From Dudresnaya verticillata (taxonomy: Eukaryota): DNA of 64,000 nt. The stretch covers positions 3,534,001-3,598,000 of the forward strand of contig OZ374557.1 in assembly GCA_977862235.1 (NCBI GenBank), in the 5' to 3' direction. The position numbers were made by a program, and so were the translations under genes. This document shows positions 61,767-64,000 of this stretch, piece by piece (position 1 is the stretch's first letter; each line of letters opens with the position of its first letter). Under the pieces are notes generated by a model that saw nothing but the letters and a program-made list of their open reading frames with translations, was not told the origin of the DNA and searched no databases.

Positions 61767-62375
61767 GTGTCTATCAAACAAGCTCTCCGAGGGACGTCCT
61801 GGTGGCTGTCCGCGAGGTTGCATCTTGAAAACACGAGGGCTAGTCGACACCCGTCTCTCTGGTATTGCGTGGGCATAGGCTCCGTCTTGAATAACACCAA
61901 CTCTCGCCATCAGCTTTCGTGCGCTCTTATGATTAAGGCGTTGCTTGGCAACCCCTCGCGTTGCACCATCACCGACCCGGTTATGAATGAGGATGACATC
62001 AAGATGGCACGCGAGGCAGGCTTCGTGGTTGTAGTGGCGGACGCTTTCACAGTGCGTGCCCCGCCTTCTGGGGCCTGTACCGTGCTCTTCATGCCGCACT
62101 GTGGTAGAGCTCTAAACAAGAAGACCCTGAGGCGATGTTCAGAGTTTTCAGACAAGGGAATTGTTCTCTTTGGCAACATCCTGTCTGGTCACGCAGCATT
62201 CCCGCGAGGTTCCTATGGCTTCTCGTTGCATGGTTTAATTGCCAGGCTTATAGGTTCAAAGGCACTACATGAGAGGGAAAGTCTAGAGTCGAAGCGGTCA
62301 ACGCGTGAGTTGGATTTCAACGATCTTGTTGCGACCACAATCGAAGACCCAGGCAACGATATGAACCACGATTAG
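61767..62375 (+). pseudogene. SRR1: SRR1-domain protein (5' end not resolved)
   Basis: CVGIGS, RHQL, TDPVM, TVLFMPHC, IVLFGN in SRR1-domain order; no ATG between the in-frame stop at 61710 and the start of the domain. Confidence 0.65.
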
Positions 62376-62384
62376 CACGCTTGG

Positions 62385-63170
62385 CTACAGCAGATGGCTC
62401 CATTTGTTGCATATTTGATGCTTAGTCTGTTCCGGGGCCGTGCCGCCTACAGTGTTCCGCAGGGCGACGCTCTGCTCAGGCTTCCACCAGTTGAGACACT
62501 CAGCGTTCGCTTCCGGCTCGGACATTTGAATCTACTCTAGGGTTAACTTATCAAGGCTCACATAAGTTTTCCGGCAATACCCAACCAGAAGACCAACCCG
62601 GTGGTGGGCATCCCGGCACGGAAAACCCTGTTCGACTAGTCACTCCGCAAGTTCCGTAGCCATTAGAGCCGGGTACCTCGCTGCTTCATACATGCGCTCC
62701 TTATTCACACGCATCGATGCAACCATTGGCCTGTAAACCGAAAGCACCAGCTTCACAGTGTCAATAGCGTCGAAAATGGGCTCCTTATCCTCTTGCATGT
62801 CGCGATTGTATTCCAGAGGAATTCTCTTCATAATCGTAAGCAAAGTCGCAAGGTCTCCTTGAACCCGACCAATTCTTCCACGCGTCAGCTCACACATGTC
62901 TGCGTTCTTCTTCTGCGGCAGAAGGGAGCTTGCCGTGCAAAACGCGTCGCCAAGTTCAACCCATCCAGCTTCTTGGCTCATCAAGAATATGATATACTCA
63001 ATGAGGCGGGACAGATGCATCATTACAATGCTGCAAGTCGAAACTAGCTCTGTTTCGAAATCGCGGTCACTAACGGCGTCCAGGTAATTGTTGCATACGC
63101 CGCCTAAGCCCAGTTCCTTCGCGACAAAATCTCAGCGGAAGCTATAAACACCGGTAGAGGTTTGCTGGAC
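62385..63170 (-). pseudogene. argH: Argininosuccinate lyase, C-terminal half, with nonsense codons
   Basis: LDAVSDRDF, HLSRL, SSLLPQKKNAD (fumarate-lyase signature SS.MP.K.NP), YNRDMQEDKE, RDAHHRVG, GGTAP; in-frame stops at 63132, 62640, 62532. Confidence 0.9.
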
Positions 63171-63605
63171 CCCGCAGTGTTTTTCATGACTCAAGGGTAT
63201 ATGGGATGAATAGCCATCGCGTTCTCCAGCAAATATGAAAGCGTCTTTGACAAATTGAGCATAAAGGTCAAGGGCCATTTCATAGTTGGAAAGCGAGGCA
63301 GATCTGCCTGCTACACTCCAGTGCACATATTGCGCAAGGGAGTGCGAAAAACGGGAGGTAGTCTACTTCACTCTGCAATGTCATGCGTAACGAAAGCGGA
63401 TATGCAGGGCATCCAAATCGAAAGTAGTCCTGGCAGTGTGGTAAGTTATGCCACATCAAGGACAATCAGCGCTACTTTATGTCAGCGTTACGTTATGCCA
63501 CATCAAGGGCATTCAGAGTAGGTATTGGGTCATTAGCATTCCGAGGTTCACAACAATTCCCTTCTCCTTCAATCCAGGAGCTTAAGGCTTTAATGGACTA
63601 TCGTG

Positions 63606-64000
63606 CTACGATTTCTGTAGGGAGCCTCGTATCTTCTTCTTAACGGCTTGGGGCAGGCATCTATTAGACAGCTTCTCAAACTCAACGAGGACAGACGCGG
63701 CATCAACATCGTCCATCCATGCCCTCTTGGTTCTGGCGTAGACAGAAGGGCGATATTTACCGTCCCACGCGTCCTGTCCTGAACCAACCTCATACCACGT
63801 GATTGACAGGGTGCAAACGACACCTGCGCTGTCCTTCTTCCAGCCCTGTACCTGTCCGATCCAGAAAGGCACATTATTGTCCTTAATGTTCAGCACCACG
63901 AAACGGTTGACACCATACGTCAAGTCAGCACGCTGATTCTCGTGCTCAGCGTCATCCTGCTCCTCAGCGTCTCTATCTGCATCCTCCCCCAGTTCAACAT
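63606..64000 (-). CDS. C-terminus of a protein running in from beyond the window; BAH/SH3-like beta-rich domain after an acidic linker, possibly transposon-associated
   Basis: PFWIGQV...SITWYE...W.D.V...SVL..F..L...LP pattern; frame open to the window edge. Confidence 0.45.
   Translation of the reverse strand, partial: VELGEDADRDAEEQDDAEHENQRADLTYGVNRFVVLNIKDNNVPFWIGQVQGWKKDSAGVVCTLSITWYEVGSGQDAWDGKYRPSVYARTKRAWMDDVDAASVLVEFEKLSNRCLPQAVKKKIRGSLQKS

Noticed and set aside
62640..63023. Functional argH gene
   Set aside because: Three in-frame stops, altered signature residues and no recognisable N-terminal half.

Overview
Eukaryotic nuclear DNA, probably a red alga (inferred from compact GC-rich, intron-poor genes and chromodomain Ty3/Gypsy elements; not proven). 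(1) 1-8.8 kb: four host genes: a secreted cationic 6-Cys peptide, a GET2/CAML-like membrane protein, a membrane-anchored SAM methyltransferase with one intron, and a Cys-capped Ser/Ala-rich protein. (2) 8.9-54.1 kb: an LTR-retrotransposon nest built inside one PIF/Harbinger (DDE_Tnp_4)-like gene. It holds three near-complete chromodomain Gypsy elements (A1, B1, A2), a truncated fourth (E1) and ten solo/partial LTRs. Target-site duplications (TSDs) let the nest be unpicked and reveal an LTR-mediated 650-bp inversion. (3) 54.1-64 kb: a decayed gene-dense block with a ParB-like/beta-class N6/N4 DNA methyltransferase fusion, small coiled-coil ORFs, a motif array, and SRR1-like and argH remnants. 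Best candidate for an undescribed system: all four Gypsy elements carry a large antisense ORF next to the 3' LTR whose core is conserved across divergent families, and family A is saturated with a dispersed palindrome CCG-N3-CGG (core CCGTWACGG), even through coding sequence. The pairing suggests an element-encoded factor acting on its own motif, but that link is a hypothesis. Family names A-H are my own labels; all counts are by eye.
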